Below are positions 1-10,963 of a stretch of 64,000 nt of DNA, piece after piece (the first letter of the stretch is position 1; each line of letters starts with the position of its first letter). The notes beneath the pieces are model-generated. The model did not search any database. It saw only the letters and a program-made list of their open reading frames with translations, and was not told the origin of the DNA. This stretch comes from Escherichia coli (GTDB lineage Bacteria; Pseudomonadota; Gammaproteobacteria; Enterobacterales; Enterobacteriaceae), in assembly GCF_045037415.1 (NCBI RefSeq), contig NZ_CP173438.1. One strand, written 5' to 3'. Position numbers and translations under genes: made by a program.

Positions 1-437
1 GCGGCAGCCAGCTGGTCACGGAAGTTTTCATTGCTGGCGCTTTTTTCGTCCAGCAGCAGGCGTGGATCGAGAATGCACAACGTGGCGCGCAGATCTATCC
101 ACGGTTCATAGACTGGCGCGGTTAAGAGATCGAGGATCTGTTTCGGATGGCCCAGCCCGGTCGGCTCTATCAACAAGCGGTCTGGTTTTCCCTGACGCAG
201 TAAGGTATTCAACCCTACCTGCATGGGTAAACCATTAACGCAGCACATGCAACCGCCGGGGATCTCTTTCAGCAGTGCGCCGCTATCGGCGAGCAAAGCA
301 CCATCAATTCCGACTTCCCCAAATTCATTAACCAGTACCGCCCATTTTTCGTTGGGATCTTTATGGGCTAACAGATGAAGAATCGACGTAGTTTTCCCGC
401 TGCCGAGAAAACCGGTGATGAGGTTGGTTCTGGTCAC
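1..437 (-). CDS. yeiR: CobW/HypB-family zinc-binding GTPase, N-terminal part (gene runs past window start)
   Basis: Minus-strand frame starting at GTG (435-437) after GGAG; translation VTRTNLITGFLGSGKTTSILHLL carries a P-loop GxxGSGKTT typical of CobW-like GTPases; position downstream of yeiQ matches K-12 order (memory). Not in ORF track because it is partial and GTG-initiated. Confidence 0.6.
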   Translation of the reverse strand, partial: MTRTNLITGFLGSGKTTSILHLLAHKDPNEKWAVLVNEFGEVGIDGALLADSGALLKEIPGGCMCCVNGLPMQVGLNTLLRQGKPDRLLIEPTGLGHPKQILDLLTAPVYEPWIDLRATLCILDPRLLLDEKSASNENFRDQLAA

Positions 438-554
438 AACGGCTCCGCAATACTCTGGTAAGTTAACTGAGCGTTAATCCTGGCTAAAAAAGGCAGAAAA
501 GAGAAGGGGAGAGCGGACGAAGGCGAGCTTCATCCGCTTTAACCGCAGAAATCG

Positions 555-2030
555 TTAAATTTTGAGGGTGTTTAATAGCGCCTGATGCGCGCCGAATTGT
601 GCGATTTGTTGCCAGGCTTGTTCGATGACCTGCACAAAATGCGGGTTATCTGGCAGATCATCACCGAAAATTTCACGCAGGGAAAGCAGGGCGGTTACGC
701 GTTGTTCACTGCTGCTGCCTGCAACAAGTTCACGAATTTTATCGCTAAGCGGATCGCGAACATCAATGGCATTTCCGGCATCATCAACGCCGCTGACGTA
801 ACGCATCCAGCCTGCAACGCCTAATGCCAGCAACGACCAGTCCGTTTCGCGCCCCAGATGTATGCGAATACCTGCCAACATGCGTTGCGGTAATTTCTGG
901 CTGCCATCCATCGCGATTTGCCAGGTCTTATGTTTCAGTGCCGGATTAGCAAAACGTGCAATTAACTTATCCGCATATTGTGTTAAATCGACATCTTTAA
1001 TCCGCAGTGTCGGCGCTTGCTCATCCAGCATTAATGTTCTGGCGGCATGGCGAAATGCGCGATCCTGCATGCAATCACTGATATGGGCGAATCCTGAGAG
1101 GTAACCCAGATAAGCGAGAAAAGAGTGGCTGCCATTAAGCATCCGCAGTTTCATCTCTTCCCATGGCAGGACATCATTCACCATTTGTACACCTGCGACT
1201 TCCCAGGCAGGACGCCCAGCGACGAAGTTATCTTCAACCACCCACTGGATAAACGGTTCGCAGCTAATCGCGCAGGGATCATTCACCCCCAGATGCTGGC
1301 TTATTTCCGCCAGTGATTCGTTTGTTGCAGCCGGAACAATGCGGTCGACCATGGTTCCCGGAAAACTGACGTGTTCTTTTATCCACCCGGCGAGTTCTGG
1401 CGAACGTTTTTCTGCCATTCCCAGCACCGCGTTTTTCACCACATGGCCATTGTCGGGAATATTGTCGCAGGAGAGCACGGTAAACGGTGTATGGCCGCGC
1501 TCACGGCGGCGTTTCAGTGCTTCGACGAGAATACCTGGCGCGGAGTGAGGTTCTTCAGGGTTTTGTAGATCGTGAATAATACGCGGATTGCTGGTGTCGA
1601 GTGCACCGGTGGCCGGGTCAATACAATAGCCTTTTTCGGTAATTGTCAGGGAAACAATTGCCACCTGTGGCTCGCAAAATTTCTCAATAATTGCCGCTAA
1701 GGAATCCAGTTTTGCATTCAGACATTCGTGAACGGCACCGACAATTATCGCCTGATTGCCGTCCGCACCTTTCTCCAGCACGGTATATAAATGGTTCTGT
1801 GCGCGGAGCTGGCTCATCAGTTGATCGCCGCTGAACAAGCTGATTTCACAGATCCCCCAGTCGCCGCCCTGGGCATTCAGCACACGATCGGTCAGTAATG
1901 CCTGATGTGCGCGGTGAAAGGCTCCAAAGCCAAAATGAACGATACGTGATTGCAACTGCTGTCGATCGTAGCGTGGAGCGTGTACATGATGCGGGAGCGT
2001 AACGGAGGCGATTGTATTCATAGGAGTCAC
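555..2030 (-). CDS. yeiQ: Mannitol/mannonate dehydrogenase-family NAD-dependent oxidoreductase
   Basis: 491-aa ORF in track; N-terminal Rossmann-like HFGFGAFHRAH motif of long-chain mannitol dehydrogenase family; true start may be a few codons internal (MNTIASV). Confidence 0.8.
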   Translation of the reverse strand: MTPMNTIASVTLPHHVHAPRYDRQQLQSRIVHFGFGAFHRAHQALLTDRVLNAQGGDWGICEISLFSGDQLMSQLRAQNHLYTVLEKGADGNQAIIVGAVHECLNAKLDSLAAIIEKFCEPQVAIVSLTITEKGYCIDPATGALDTSNPRIIHDLQNPEEPHSAPGILVEALKRRRERGHTPFTVLSCDNIPDNGHVVKNAVLGMAEKRSPELAGWIKEHVSFPGTMVDRIVPAATNESLAEISQHLGVNDPCAISCEPFIQWVVEDNFVAGRPAWEVAGVQMVNDVLPWEEMKLRMLNGSHSFLAYLGYLSGFAHISDCMQDRAFRHAARTLMLDEQAPTLRIKDVDLTQYADKLIARFANPALKHKTWQIAMDGSQKLPQRMLAGIRIHLGRETDWSLLALGVAGWMRYVSGVDDAGNAIDVRDPLSDKIRELVAGSSSEQRVTALLSLREIFGDDLPDNPHFVQVIEQAWQQIAQFGAHQALLNTLKI

Positions 2031-2189
2031 GTCTTAGTAACGATTAATTAACAATGACAGTGTAAAGTTATATGACAGCAATTGAAATTGGTCTGGATTG
2101 TTAATGCGATGAAGTGTGAGGGCGATCAATCAACGAGTGAAAATTGCGGGCGTAAGGTGTTCAGGAAGCGCAAAATAGAAGATTGGTAT

Positions 2190-2224
2190 AATAAATTAAA
2201 AAAGGGACAGCCTGAGCTATCCCT
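2190..2224 (-). terminator. Intrinsic terminator downstream of efpL
   Basis: 9-bp imperfect stem agggacagc/gctatccct with 4-nt loop; on the minus strand followed by a U-tract (plus-strand aaaaaa at 2190-2197). Confidence 0.45.
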
Positions 2225-2243
2225 TTTCTGCATGCGGCTGAAG

Positions 2244-2816
2244 TTAGTCAGCACGACCCATATAACGGCGTTCTTCGATATGGATACGAATTTTTTCGCC
2301 CGGGCTTAAGTATTCTGGTACCTGAATCACCAGACCAGTGCTCAATGTCGCCGGTTTGTTACGGGCGCTGGCAGATGCCCCTTTGATACCTGGTGCAGTT
2401 TCAACGATTTCCAGATCAACGGTCTGCGGCAGCTCAAGCGCCAGCAACTGACCGTCCCAGGTCAGCACCTGCATGTCCGGCATGCCGCCCTCAGGCATAA
2501 ACAGCAACTCTTCTTCAATCTGATCTTTGGTGAAGGTATACGGGGTATAGTCTTCTTTATCCATAAAGACATATTCGTTGCCATCGACATAGGAGAAGTC
2601 AACGTAACGGCGGGTCAGCGTCACGGTGTCAACGATATCATCACCTTTGAAACGCTCTTCTACTTTCAGCCCGGTACGGACATCAGAAAAACGCATTTTG
2701 TACAGCGTAGCGGCACCGCGGGCAGTGGGCGACTGAATATCAATGTCCTTAACCAGCAGCAGTTTGCCGTTGTAATTCAGTACCATACCTTTTTTAATTT
2801 CGTTCGCTCTTGGCAT
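2244..2816 (-). CDS. efpL: Elongation factor P-like protein
   Basis: Track ORF 2244..3071 trimmed to internal ATG ([20 protein letters not shown]...) giving 190 aa, the expected EF-P-like length; KOW-like N-terminus. Confidence 0.85.
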
Positions 2817-2970
2817 CGAAAAATTCCTGTAGTCAAAAATGTCAAAAATATCGCGACAAAGTACTCGCGACGGGCCTTTCGGGCAAGTGGTATTCGCACT
2901 TTTGCTGGTGCAAAAAAGGTGGTACTGTGCGCGCTCATCAATCCGGTGGTTAACCTTAAGAGAACAACGT

Positions 2971-3225
2971 ATGGAATGCCGTCCGGGTTGCGGGGCGTGT
3001 TGCACTGCCCCTTCAATTTCCAGCCCTATTCCCGGTATGCCAGATGGCAAGCCCGCCAATACTCCCTGCATTCAGCTTGATGAACAGCAACGCTGTAAAA
3101 TTTTCACCTCGCCACTGCGACCGAAAGTCTGTGCAGGCTTACAAGCCAGCGCTGAAATGTGCGGTAACTCGCGTCAGCAGGCCATGATCTGGCTTATCGA
3201 TCTGGAAATGTTGACCGCGCCTTAA
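2971..3225 (+). CDS. yeiW: Cysteine-cluster (YkgJ/UPF0153-like) protein
   Basis: Track ORF 2839..3225 trimmed to [15 protein letters not shown]... (84 aa); CxxC-rich; overlaps setB stop by 4 nt convergently. Confidence 0.65.
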
Positions 3226-4403
3226 ACATCTTTAATTCGCAGTAAGCAAAACAGAGTGGCGATAATCATCACCATCGCAAACCAGAACACAGCGTGATAA
3301 TTCCAGATCTCGGCGACGATGCCCGCCACTGATCCTGCGATGATCCAGCCCACGCGCGAAGTGTTGGTATAGAGCGTGGTGGCTGAACCTGCCTGACCGG
3401 GCATCAAATCCTGAAAATAGAGCATCCCGATGCCGCCAAGAATGCCAATAAAAATAGCATTTAGCAGCTGCAAGCCCAACAGAATGACAGGTGAATGCGC
3501 CATCAGCATTCCTGCGTAAAAACAGACGCCACCCACGGCAGCAACGCGCATTAAGAAGCGCTTACCCAGACGTTTGGCAAAATATCCGGCGATCAACATG
3601 GTCGGGATTTCCAGCCCGGCGGCGGTCCCCATCATCACACCGGCCAGTTTCTCGGGAAGATGCAGTTCGTTGATAATAAATAGCGGCATGTTGATGATGT
3701 ACAGGCTGTTCGAGCCCCACATCAATGTACAAATGACAAACAGCAGCAACGTATCGCGACGGTTACGGCGCGGCGCTTCAACCGTGCCGGTCGCCAGCGG
3801 AAGCTCTTTTTGCATCGACGGCAAAAACAGCCACACCATCACGCCGCAAACAATAAACGCTACCGCTGCGCTCAGATACATTACCGTAAAGCTGAAACCC
3901 ATCGCTAAGGCATAAGCCAGCGGTGGGCCAATGACCCATGCCAGTGAAACCTGAGCGCGTAAAAAAGAGCTGAACATCACCGCCTCACGTCCGGTTTTGT
4001 CAGCATGTTCACGGGCAAGGGCAAACATTTGCGGGTTAGCGGTCGAGCCAAAGCTGCTAAGAAAGACGCCAACGAATAGCAAAACAAAGTAGTTGCGATT
4101 CCAGGCAAAAAGGGTGCAGGCCAGCACGCCTAACAGGCAGCAAAAGACAATCAGCGATTTGCGATCGCCGCGCTTATCAGAGCGCCCGGCGAGAAACTGA
4201 CTCACCAGAATCCCAATGACAGCGCTGCCGGTAAAGAAGAATCCCACCATCGCCGGACGGGCATGTACTTCATCAGTAAGAAAAATACTGAGTGTCGGGG
4301 TTTGCAGAGCGCCCGCAATACCGGTGAGAAAGGCAACGATTAAAAACGCCGTCGAGGTCAGGTCAAACGATTTCGCGCTGGTGACTGTGGGGGAGTTATG
4401 CAT
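3222..4403 (-). CDS. setB: MFS sugar efflux transporter
   Basis: 393-aa polytopic membrane ORF; SET-family MFS features; conserved neighbour of fruB. Confidence 0.85.
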   Translation of the reverse strand: MHNSPTVTSAKSFDLTSTAFLIVAFLTGIAGALQTPTLSIFLTDEVHARPAMVGFFFTGSAVIGILVSQFLAGRSDKRGDRKSLIVFCCLLGVLACTLFAWNRNYFVLLFVGVFLSSFGSTANPQMFALAREHADKTGREAVMFSSFLRAQVSLAWVIGPPLAYALAMGFSFTVMYLSAAVAFIVCGVMVWLFLPSMQKELPLATGTVEAPRRNRRDTLLLFVICTLMWGSNSLYIINMPLFIINELHLPEKLAGVMMGTAAGLEIPTMLIAGYFAKRLGKRFLMRVAAVGGVCFYAGMLMAHSPVILLGLQLLNAIFIGILGGIGMLYFQDLMPGQAGSATTLYTNTSRVGWIIAGSVAGIVAEIWNYHAVFWFAMVMIIATLFCLLRIKDV

Positions 4404-4668
4404 GCTGGTCGATCACTGGAAGAGGAAGACGCGGAGTTTACGCTGCTTGTCAGAAAATAAACAGACAGCGAAATCAAAAGCGCCACGAATAATCAAAATG
4501 CCATTTCACTGTTGCTGATTGGCTGCTGACACTGCTGAAATGAAATTGCTGATAACGGATTTTCCCATCAGCAATTAGGAAAAATGACAAAAAATTGTGC
4601 AGCACATCAAACTTTTGCTCATAACTTTACGGCTTTCCTTGCGCGCTGAAACAGAAGTATTATGCTTC

Positions 4669-4684
4669 CTTGAAACGTTTCAGC
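4669..4684. promoter_or_regulatory. Cra (FruR) operator O1 in fruB promoter
   Basis: cttgaaacgtttcagc, near-perfect palindrome matching Cra consensus GCTGAAACGTTTCA. Confidence 0.7.
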
Positions 4685-4735
4685 GCGATCTTGTCTTTAA
4701 CCCTAAGCCAGGTTGGCGCTTTTTTTCTCATAGAA

Positions 4736-4756
4736 GCTGAATCGTTTCAATTCAGC
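4736..4756. promoter_or_regulatory. Cra (FruR) operator O2 in fruB promoter/leader
   Basis: gctgaatcgtttcaattcagc, imperfect Cra palindrome ~15 bp upstream of fruB ATG. Confidence 0.65.
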
Positions 4757-4770
4757 AAGAGAGGAGAACT

Positions 4771-5901
4771 ATGTTCCAGTTATCTGTACAGGACATCCAT
4801 CCGGGCGAAAAGGCCGGAGACAAAGAAGAGGCGATTCGCCAGGTCGCTGCGGCGCTGGTGCAGGCCGGTAATGTAGCTGAAGGCTACGTCAATGGCATGC
4901 TGGCGCGCGAACAGCAAACCTCAACGTTCCTCGGCAATGGTATTGCTATTCCACACGGCACTACCGACACCCGCGATCAGGTGCTGAAAACCGGCGTTCA
5001 GGTATTTCAGTTCCCGGAAGGCGTCACCTGGGGGGACGGCCAGGTAGCGTACGTGGCGATCGGTATTGCTGCCAGCTCGGATGAACATCTGGGCCTGCTA
5101 CGCCAGCTGACCCACGTACTGAGCGATGATTCCGTTGCTGAACAACTGAAGTCAGCAACAACAGCAGAAGAACTTCGCGCATTGCTGATGGGCGAAAAGC
5201 AGAGTGAGCAGCTGAAGCTCGACAACGAAATGCTGACGCTGGATATCGTCGCCAGCGATCTGCTGACTCTTCAGGCGCTGAACGCTGCGCGTCTGAAAGA
5301 AGCGGGGGCAGTTGACGCCACTTTCGTCACCAAAGCCATCAATGAACAACCGCTGAACCTCGGACAGGGTATCTGGCTGAGCGATAGCGCCGAAGGCAAT
5401 CTGCGTAGCGCGATTGCGGTAAGCCGTGCGGCAAATGCTTTTGATGTGGACGGCGAAACGGCAGCCATGCTGGTGAGTGTGGCAATGAATGACGATCAGC
5501 CCATCGCGGTTCTTAAGCGTCTCGCTGATTTGTTGCTCGATAATAAAGCTGACCGCTTGCTGAAAGCGGATGCGGCAACGTTGCTGGCGCTGCTGACCAG
5601 CGATGATGCGCCGACCGACGACGTGTTAAGCGCGGAGTTTGTGGTGCGCAATGAACACGGCCTGCATGCTCGTCCAGGTACCATGCTGGTCAATACCATT
5701 AAACAATTTAACAGTGATATTACCGTGACAAACCTTGATGGCACCGGCAAACCGGCAAACGGACGTAGTCTGATGAAAGTTGTGGCACTTGGCGTTAAGA
5801 AAGGTCATCGCCTACGCTTTACCGCCCAGGGTGCAGATGCTGAACAGGCGCTGAAAGCCATTGGCGACGCTATCGCTGCTGGTCTTGGGGAGGGCGCATA
5901 A
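4771..5901 (+). CDS. fruB: Fructose PTS multiphosphoryl transfer protein (IIA-FPr)
   Basis: 376 aa; N-terminal IIA-like domain and C-terminal HPr-like domain (GLHARPG...); overlaps fruK start. Confidence 0.9.
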
Positions 5902-6839
5902 TGAGCAGACGTGTTGCTACGATCACCCTTAATCCGGCTTATGACCTTGTTGGTTTCTGCCCGGAAATTGAACGCGGCGAAGTGAACCTGGTGAAAACCA
6001 CCGGTCTGCATGCGGCGGGTAAAGGCATCAACGTGGCCAAAGTATTAAAAGACCTGGGAATTGATGTCACCGTTGGCGGCTTCCTGGGTAAAGACAATCA
6101 GGATGGTTTTCAGCAACTGTTCAGCGAGCTGGGCATTGCCAACCGTTTCCAGGTTGTACAGGGGCGCACCCGAATTAACGTTAAGCTGACGGAAAAAGAC
6201 GGCGAAGTGACCGACTTCAACTTCTCGGGTTTTGAAGTTACCCCCGCCGACTGGGAACGCTTTGTGACTGATTCTCTGAGCTGGCTCGGTCAGTTCGATA
6301 TGGTCTGTGTCAGCGGAAGCTTACCGTCAGGCGTCAGCCCGGAAGCGTTCACCGACTGGATGACTCGCCTGCGTAGTCAGTGTCCTTGCATTATCTTTGA
6401 TAGTAGCCGTGAAGCGTTAGTAGCAGGTTTGAAAGCGGCACCGTGGCTGGTGAAACCTAACCGCCGCGAGCTGGAAATCTGGGCAGGCCGTAAACTGCCT
6501 GAAATGAAAGATGTGATTGAAGCTGCACATGCGCTACGTGAACAAGGTATTGCGCATGTTGTTATTTCACTGGGTGCCGAAGGCGCGCTTTGGGTTAATG
6601 CCTCCGGCGAATGGATCGCCAAACCACCGTCAGTCGATGTCGTAAGCACCGTTGGCGCAGGGGATTCTATGGTTGGTGGCCTGATTTATGGCTTGCTGAT
6701 GCGTGAATCCAGTGAACACACACTGCGTCTGGCGACAGCTGTTGCAGCCCTGGCGGTAAGTCAAAGCAATGTGGGTATTACCGATCGTCCGCAGTTGGCC
6801 GCAATGATGGCGCGCGTCGACTTACAACCTTTTAACTGA
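5901..6839 (+). CDS. fruK: 1-phosphofructokinase
   Basis: 312 aa PfkB-family kinase; C-terminal GAGDSMVGG motif; ATGA overlap with fruB stop. Confidence 0.9.
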   Translation: MSRRVATITLNPAYDLVGFCPEIERGEVNLVKTTGLHAAGKGINVAKVLKDLGIDVTVGGFLGKDNQDGFQQLFSELGIANRFQVVQGRTRINVKLTEKDGEVTDFNFSGFEVTPADWERFVTDSLSWLGQFDMVCVSGSLPSGVSPEAFTDWMTRLRSQCPCIIFDSSREALVAGLKAAPWLVKPNRRELEIWAGRKLPEMKDVIEAAHALREQGIAHVVISLGAEGALWVNASGEWIAKPPSVDVVSTVGAGDSMVGGLIYGLLMRESSEHTLRLATAVAALAVSQSNVGITDRPQLAAMMARVDLQPFN

Positions 6840-6855
6840 CAGCAGGAGAGGCATA

Positions 6856-8547
6856 ATGAAAACGCTGCTGATTATTGACGCTAATCTCGGTCAGGCACGC
6901 GCCTATATGGCGAAGACCCTGCTGGGCGCGGCGGCGCGAAAAGCAAAACTGGAAATCATCGACAATCCGAACGACGCAGAAATGGCGATTGTTCTCGGTG
7001 ATTTCATCCCGAATGACAGCGCGCTGAACGGTAAAAATGTCTGGCTGGGCGATATTTCCCGGGCAGTTGCGCACCCTGAGCTGTTCCTGAGTGAAGCCAA
7101 AGGCCATGCGAAACCTTACACTGCGCCGGTCGCTGCGACAGCACCGGTTGCTGCTAGCGGTCCGAAACGCGTAGTTGCGGTGACTGCTTGCCCGACTGGT
7201 GTAGCACACACCTTTATGGCGGCTGAAGCCATTGAAACCGAAGCGAAAAAACGTGGCTGGTGGGTGAAAGTTGAAACCCGTGGTTCTGTTGGCGCGGGTA
7301 ATGCAATCACACCTGAAGAAGTCGCAGCAGCGGATCTGGTGATTGTGGCGGCAGATATCGAAGTGGATCTGGCGAAATTTGCTGGTAAACCGATGTATCG
7401 CACCTCTACCGGTCTGGCGCTGAAGAAAACTGCGCAGGAACTGGATAAAGCGGTTGCTGAAGCAACGCCGTATGAACCAGCGGGCAAAGCTCAAACAGCG
7501 ACCACTGAAGGTAAGAAAGAGAGTGCAGGCGCTTACCGTCACTTGCTGACGGGCGTCTCTTACATGCTGCCGATGGTTGTTGCAGGTGGTCTGTGTATCG
7601 CGCTTTCTTTTGCTTTTGGTATCGAAGCGTTTAAAGAGCCGGGTACGTTGGCAGCGGCGCTGATGCAGATTGGTGGTGGTTCAGCCTTTGCGCTGATGGT
7701 GCCGGTACTGGCAGGTTATATTGCCTTCTCCATTGCCGATCGTCCGGGTCTCACGCCGGGTCTGATTGGCGGTATGCTGGCGGTTAGCACCGGTTCTGGC
7801 TTCATTGGCGGTATTATTGCGGGCTTCCTGGCGGGTTACATTGCGAAGTTAATCAGTACGCAACTGAAACTGCCACAGAGTATGGAGGCACTGAAACCGA
7901 TCCTGATCATTCCGCTAATTTCCAGTCTGGTGGTCGGTCTGGCGATGATCTACCTAATCGGTAAACCGGTTGCTGGCATTCTCGATGGGTTGACTCACTG
8001 GCTGCAGACCATGGGGACTGCGAATGCGGTTCTGCTGGGGGCGATCCTCGGTGGCATGATGTGTACTGACATGGGCGGTCCGGTAAACAAAGCAGCGTAC
8101 GCATTCGGTGTGGGTCTGCTGAGTACTCAAACCTATGGCCCGATGGCGGCGATTATGGCGGCAGGTATGGTGCCACCGCTGGCAATGGGTCTGGCAACAA
8201 TGGTGGCGCGTCGTAAATTCGATAAAGCGCAGCAGGAAGGTGGCAAAGCCGCTCTGGTACTTGGTCTGTGCTTTATTTCGGAAGGTGCAATTCCGTTTGC
8301 TGCTCGTGATCCGATGCGTGTGCTACCGTGCTGTATCGTTGGTGGGGCGCTGACTGGCGCAATCTCAATGGCGATTGGTGCGAAACTGATGGCTCCGCAC
8401 GGTGGTCTGTTTGTTCTGCTGATCCCTGGCGCTATTACGCCGGTATTGGGTTACCTGGTAGCAATTATTGCCGGTACGCTGGTGGCGGGTTTGGCCTATG
8501 CCTTCCTCAAACGCCCGGAAACACAAATAGTAGAAAAAAACGCATAA
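6856..8547 (+). CDS. fruA: PTS fructose-specific IIB'BC component
   Basis: 563 aa; N-terminal IIB-like domains followed by polytopic IIC membrane domain. Confidence 0.9.
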   Translation: MKTLLIIDANLGQARAYMAKTLLGAAARKAKLEIIDNPNDAEMAIVLGDFIPNDSALNGKNVWLGDISRAVAHPELFLSEAKGHAKPYTAPVAATAPVAASGPKRVVAVTACPTGVAHTFMAAEAIETEAKKRGWWVKVETRGSVGAGNAITPEEVAAADLVIVAADIEVDLAKFAGKPMYRTSTGLALKKTAQELDKAVAEATPYEPAGKAQTATTEGKKESAGAYRHLLTGVSYMLPMVVAGGLCIALSFAFGIEAFKEPGTLAAALMQIGGGSAFALMVPVLAGYIAFSIADRPGLTPGLIGGMLAVSTGSGFIGGIIAGFLAGYIAKLISTQLKLPQSMEALKPILIIPLISSLVVGLAMIYLIGKPVAGILDGLTHWLQTMGTANAVLLGAILGGMMCTDMGGPVNKAAYAFGVGLLSTQTYGPMAAIMAAGMVPPLAMGLATMVARRKFDKAQQEGGKAALVLGLCFISEGAIPFAARDPMRVLPCCIVGGALTGAISMAIGAKLMAPHGGLFVLLIPGAITPVLGYLVAIIAGTLVAGLAYAFLKRPETQIVEKNA

Positions 8548-8604
8548 TTTCTCTTCATCATCGGGGATGAGACATCTCTGCCCCGATGATGACAAACGCA
8601 AAAT

Positions 8605-8704
8605 TGCCTGATGCGCTATGCTTATCAGACCTACATGAACCCTGCAATATATTGAATTTTTGCGCTTTTGTAGGTCGGATAAGGCGTTTACGCCACATCC
8701 AGCA
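8605..8704. repeat. REP pair (BIME) downstream of fruA
   Basis: Two inverted REP units: tgcctgatgcgctatgcttatcagacctac and gtaggtcggataaggcgtttacgccacatccagca. Confidence 0.7.
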
Positions 8705-8732
8705 TGAACAAAGCGCGCATTGTCAACAATCT

Positions 8733-8761
8733 GAGGGCAGAAACATCTCTGCCCTTTTTCT
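8733..8761 (+). terminator. Intrinsic terminator of the fruBKA operon
   Basis: gagggcag-aaacatct-ctgccc hairpin followed by TTTTTC. Confidence 0.6.
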
Positions 8762-9002
8762 TGCCTGCCATATTGTGTGTTACACATCACAACTTTCTCT
8801 TTTGTTGCTGCATAAATAGACAAATTTTGTGACCGCCTTCATATCTGGCCGATTTCGTTTTTTCTGATCGATTTACATTACGTTAAACATGCTTATTATG
8901 AACATGTGTTTAAATCTGAACACATGCTCTAATAGTCTTATTGACTGTAATGACTATTTTACCCAATTTCTTCGTTGGCAATTTATTGCCAGGGGGCGTG
9001 CT

Positions 9003-9944
9003 ATGCGCGAAAAGGACTACATAGTAATTATTGGCTCGGCGAATATTGATGTGGCTGGGTATTCACATCATCCATTGAATTATGCGGATTCGAATCCCGG
9101 AAAAATTAAATTTACCCCAGGTGGCGTGGGAAGGAATATCGCTCATAATCTGGCGTTACTGGGGAAAAATGCCTGGCTTTTAAGTGCAGTAGGTGGTGAT
9201 TTTTATGGGCAATCATTACTGGCGCAAACTAATCAATCCGGTGTTTATGTCGATAAATGCTTAATTGTTCCGGGTGAGAATACATCCAGCTATTTATCAC
9301 TGCTCGATAATACAGGAGAAATGCTTGTCGCGATAAATGATATGAGTATTAGTGACTGTATTTCTGCAGAATTTCTTGCCCAGCATCAGGAGTTTATTCG
9401 CGGTGCAAAGGTTATTGTCGCGGATTGCAACCTTAGTGAAGAGGCGCTGGTCTGGGTTCTGGAAAATAGCGGGGAAACGCCTGTATTTATTGATCCGGTA
9501 TCGGCATGGAAATGCGTCAAAATCCGCGATCATCTGAGCAAAATCCATACGTTAAAACCTAACCGTCTTGAAGCCGAAACGTTGAGCGGAATTGCACTTT
9601 CCGGACGTGAAGATGTCGCAAAGGTCGCCGCCTGGTTTCATCAACACGGCCTGAACCGCCTGGTGCTGAGCATGGGAGGGGATGGCGTTTACTACAGTGA
9701 TATCAACGGTGAAAGTGGGTGGTCGGCCCCTATTAAAACGAATGTCATCAATGTTACTGGGGCAGGCGACGCCATGATGGCGGGGCTGGCCTCCTGTTGG
9801 GTAGACGGTATGCCGTTTATCGATTCTGTTCGATTTGCGCAGGGATGTTCGTCAATGGCACTTGCCTGTGAATATACCAACAACCCTGAATTATCAATTG
9901 CCAATGTTACATCGTTAGTGGAGAACACAGAATGTCTGAATTAA
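9003..9944 (+). CDS. psuK: Pseudouridine kinase (PfkB family)
   Basis: Track ORF 8889..9944 trimmed to MREKDYIVIIGSANIDV (313 aa); PfkB motifs GGVGRNIA and TGAGDAMMAG. Confidence 0.8.
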   Translation: MREKDYIVIIGSANIDVAGYSHHPLNYADSNPGKIKFTPGGVGRNIAHNLALLGKNAWLLSAVGGDFYGQSLLAQTNQSGVYVDKCLIVPGENTSSYLSLLDNTGEMLVAINDMSISDCISAEFLAQHQEFIRGAKVIVADCNLSEEALVWVLENSGETPVFIDPVSAWKCVKIRDHLSKIHTLKPNRLEAETLSGIALSGREDVAKVAAWFHQHGLNRLVLSMGGDGVYYSDINGESGWSAPIKTNVINVTGAGDAMMAGLASCWVDGMPFIDSVRFAQGCSSMALACEYTNNPELSIANVTSLVENTECLN

Positions 9945-10870
9945 CTCTGTCCCCTGAATTATTACAAATATCCGCTGAAGTACAGGATGCTTTAAAAAAT
10001 AAAAAACCGGTTGTTGCGCTGGAATCGACCATAATTTCTCACGGAATGCCATTCCCACAAAATGCCCAAACCGCAATTGAAGTAGAAGAAACAATTCGTA
10101 AACAGGGCGCAGTACCAGCCACTATCGCCATTATTGGCGGTGTGATGAAAGTGGGCTTAAGTAAAGAAGAAATCGAATTGCTGGGCCGTGAAGGACATAA
10201 CGTGACGAAAGTTAGTCGTCGTGATTTACCTTTTGTCGTTGCTGCAGGGAAAAATGGCGCGACTACCGTTGCATCAACCATGATTATTGCAGCACTGGCT
10301 GGGATTAAAGTTTTTGCAACCGGAGGTATTGGTGGTGTGCATCGCGGAGCGGAACATACCTTCGATATTTCTGCCGATTTACAGGAACTGGCAAATACCA
10401 ATGTCACTGTTGTTTGTGCGGGGGCAAAATCTATTCTCGATTTAGGATTAACAACAGAATATTTAGAAACCTTCGGTGTACCGTTAATTGGTTATCAGAC
10501 AAAAGCGCTGCCTGCGTTTTTCTGCCGAACCAGCCCATTTGATGTCAGCATTCGTCTCGACAGTGCCCGCGAAATTGCTCGCGCGATGGCAGTGAAGTGG
10601 CAAACCGGTTTGAACGGCGGCCTGGTGGTAGCGAACCCGATCCCGGAACAGTTTGCGATGCCAGAAGAAACCATCAATGCAGCAATTGATCAAGCCGTTG
10701 CTGAAGCCGAAGAACAGGGTGTTATTGGGAAAGAGAGTACACCGTTCCTGCTGGCGCGTGTTGCGGAGCTAACCGGCGGTGATAGCCTGAAATCCAATAT
10801 TCAACTGGTCTTTAATAACGCCATTCTGGCGAGCGAAATTGCCAAAGAATATCAGCGTCTCGTGGGTTAA
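9932..10870 (+). CDS. psuG: Pseudouridine-5'-phosphate glycosidase
   Basis: 312 aa; overlaps psuK 3' end by 13 nt; conserved psuK-psuG pairing. Confidence 0.85.
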   Translation: MSELTLSPELLQISAEVQDALKNKKPVVALESTIISHGMPFPQNAQTAIEVEETIRKQGAVPATIAIIGGVMKVGLSKEEIELLGREGHNVTKVSRRDLPFVVAAGKNGATTVASTMIIAALAGIKVFATGGIGGVHRGAEHTFDISADLQELANTNVTVVCAGAKSILDLGLTTEYLETFGVPLIGYQTKALPAFFCRTSPFDVSIRLDSAREIARAMAVKWQTGLNGGLVVANPIPEQFAMPEETINAAIDQAVAEAEEQGVIGKESTPFLLARVAELTGGDSLKSNIQLVFNNAILASEIAKEYQRLVG

Positions 10871-10963
10871 TTTCTGGTGGGCAGAAAGCCGTCGCCCGTA
10901 CTCATCAAACATACCAAAACCTGGCGCTGACGCCGGGTTTACTGGCATGAAGGGAAAATCATT

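Noticed and set aside
6832-7542. 236-aa minus-strand ORF, and similar long antisense ORFs at 20987..21838, 46462..47340, 11570..11992, 45679..46449
   Set aside because: Each lies entirely within a well-supported gene on the opposite strand (fruA, cirA, bglX, psuT) and has low-complexity Arg/Cys-rich translations typical of antisense frames in GC-rich coding DNA.
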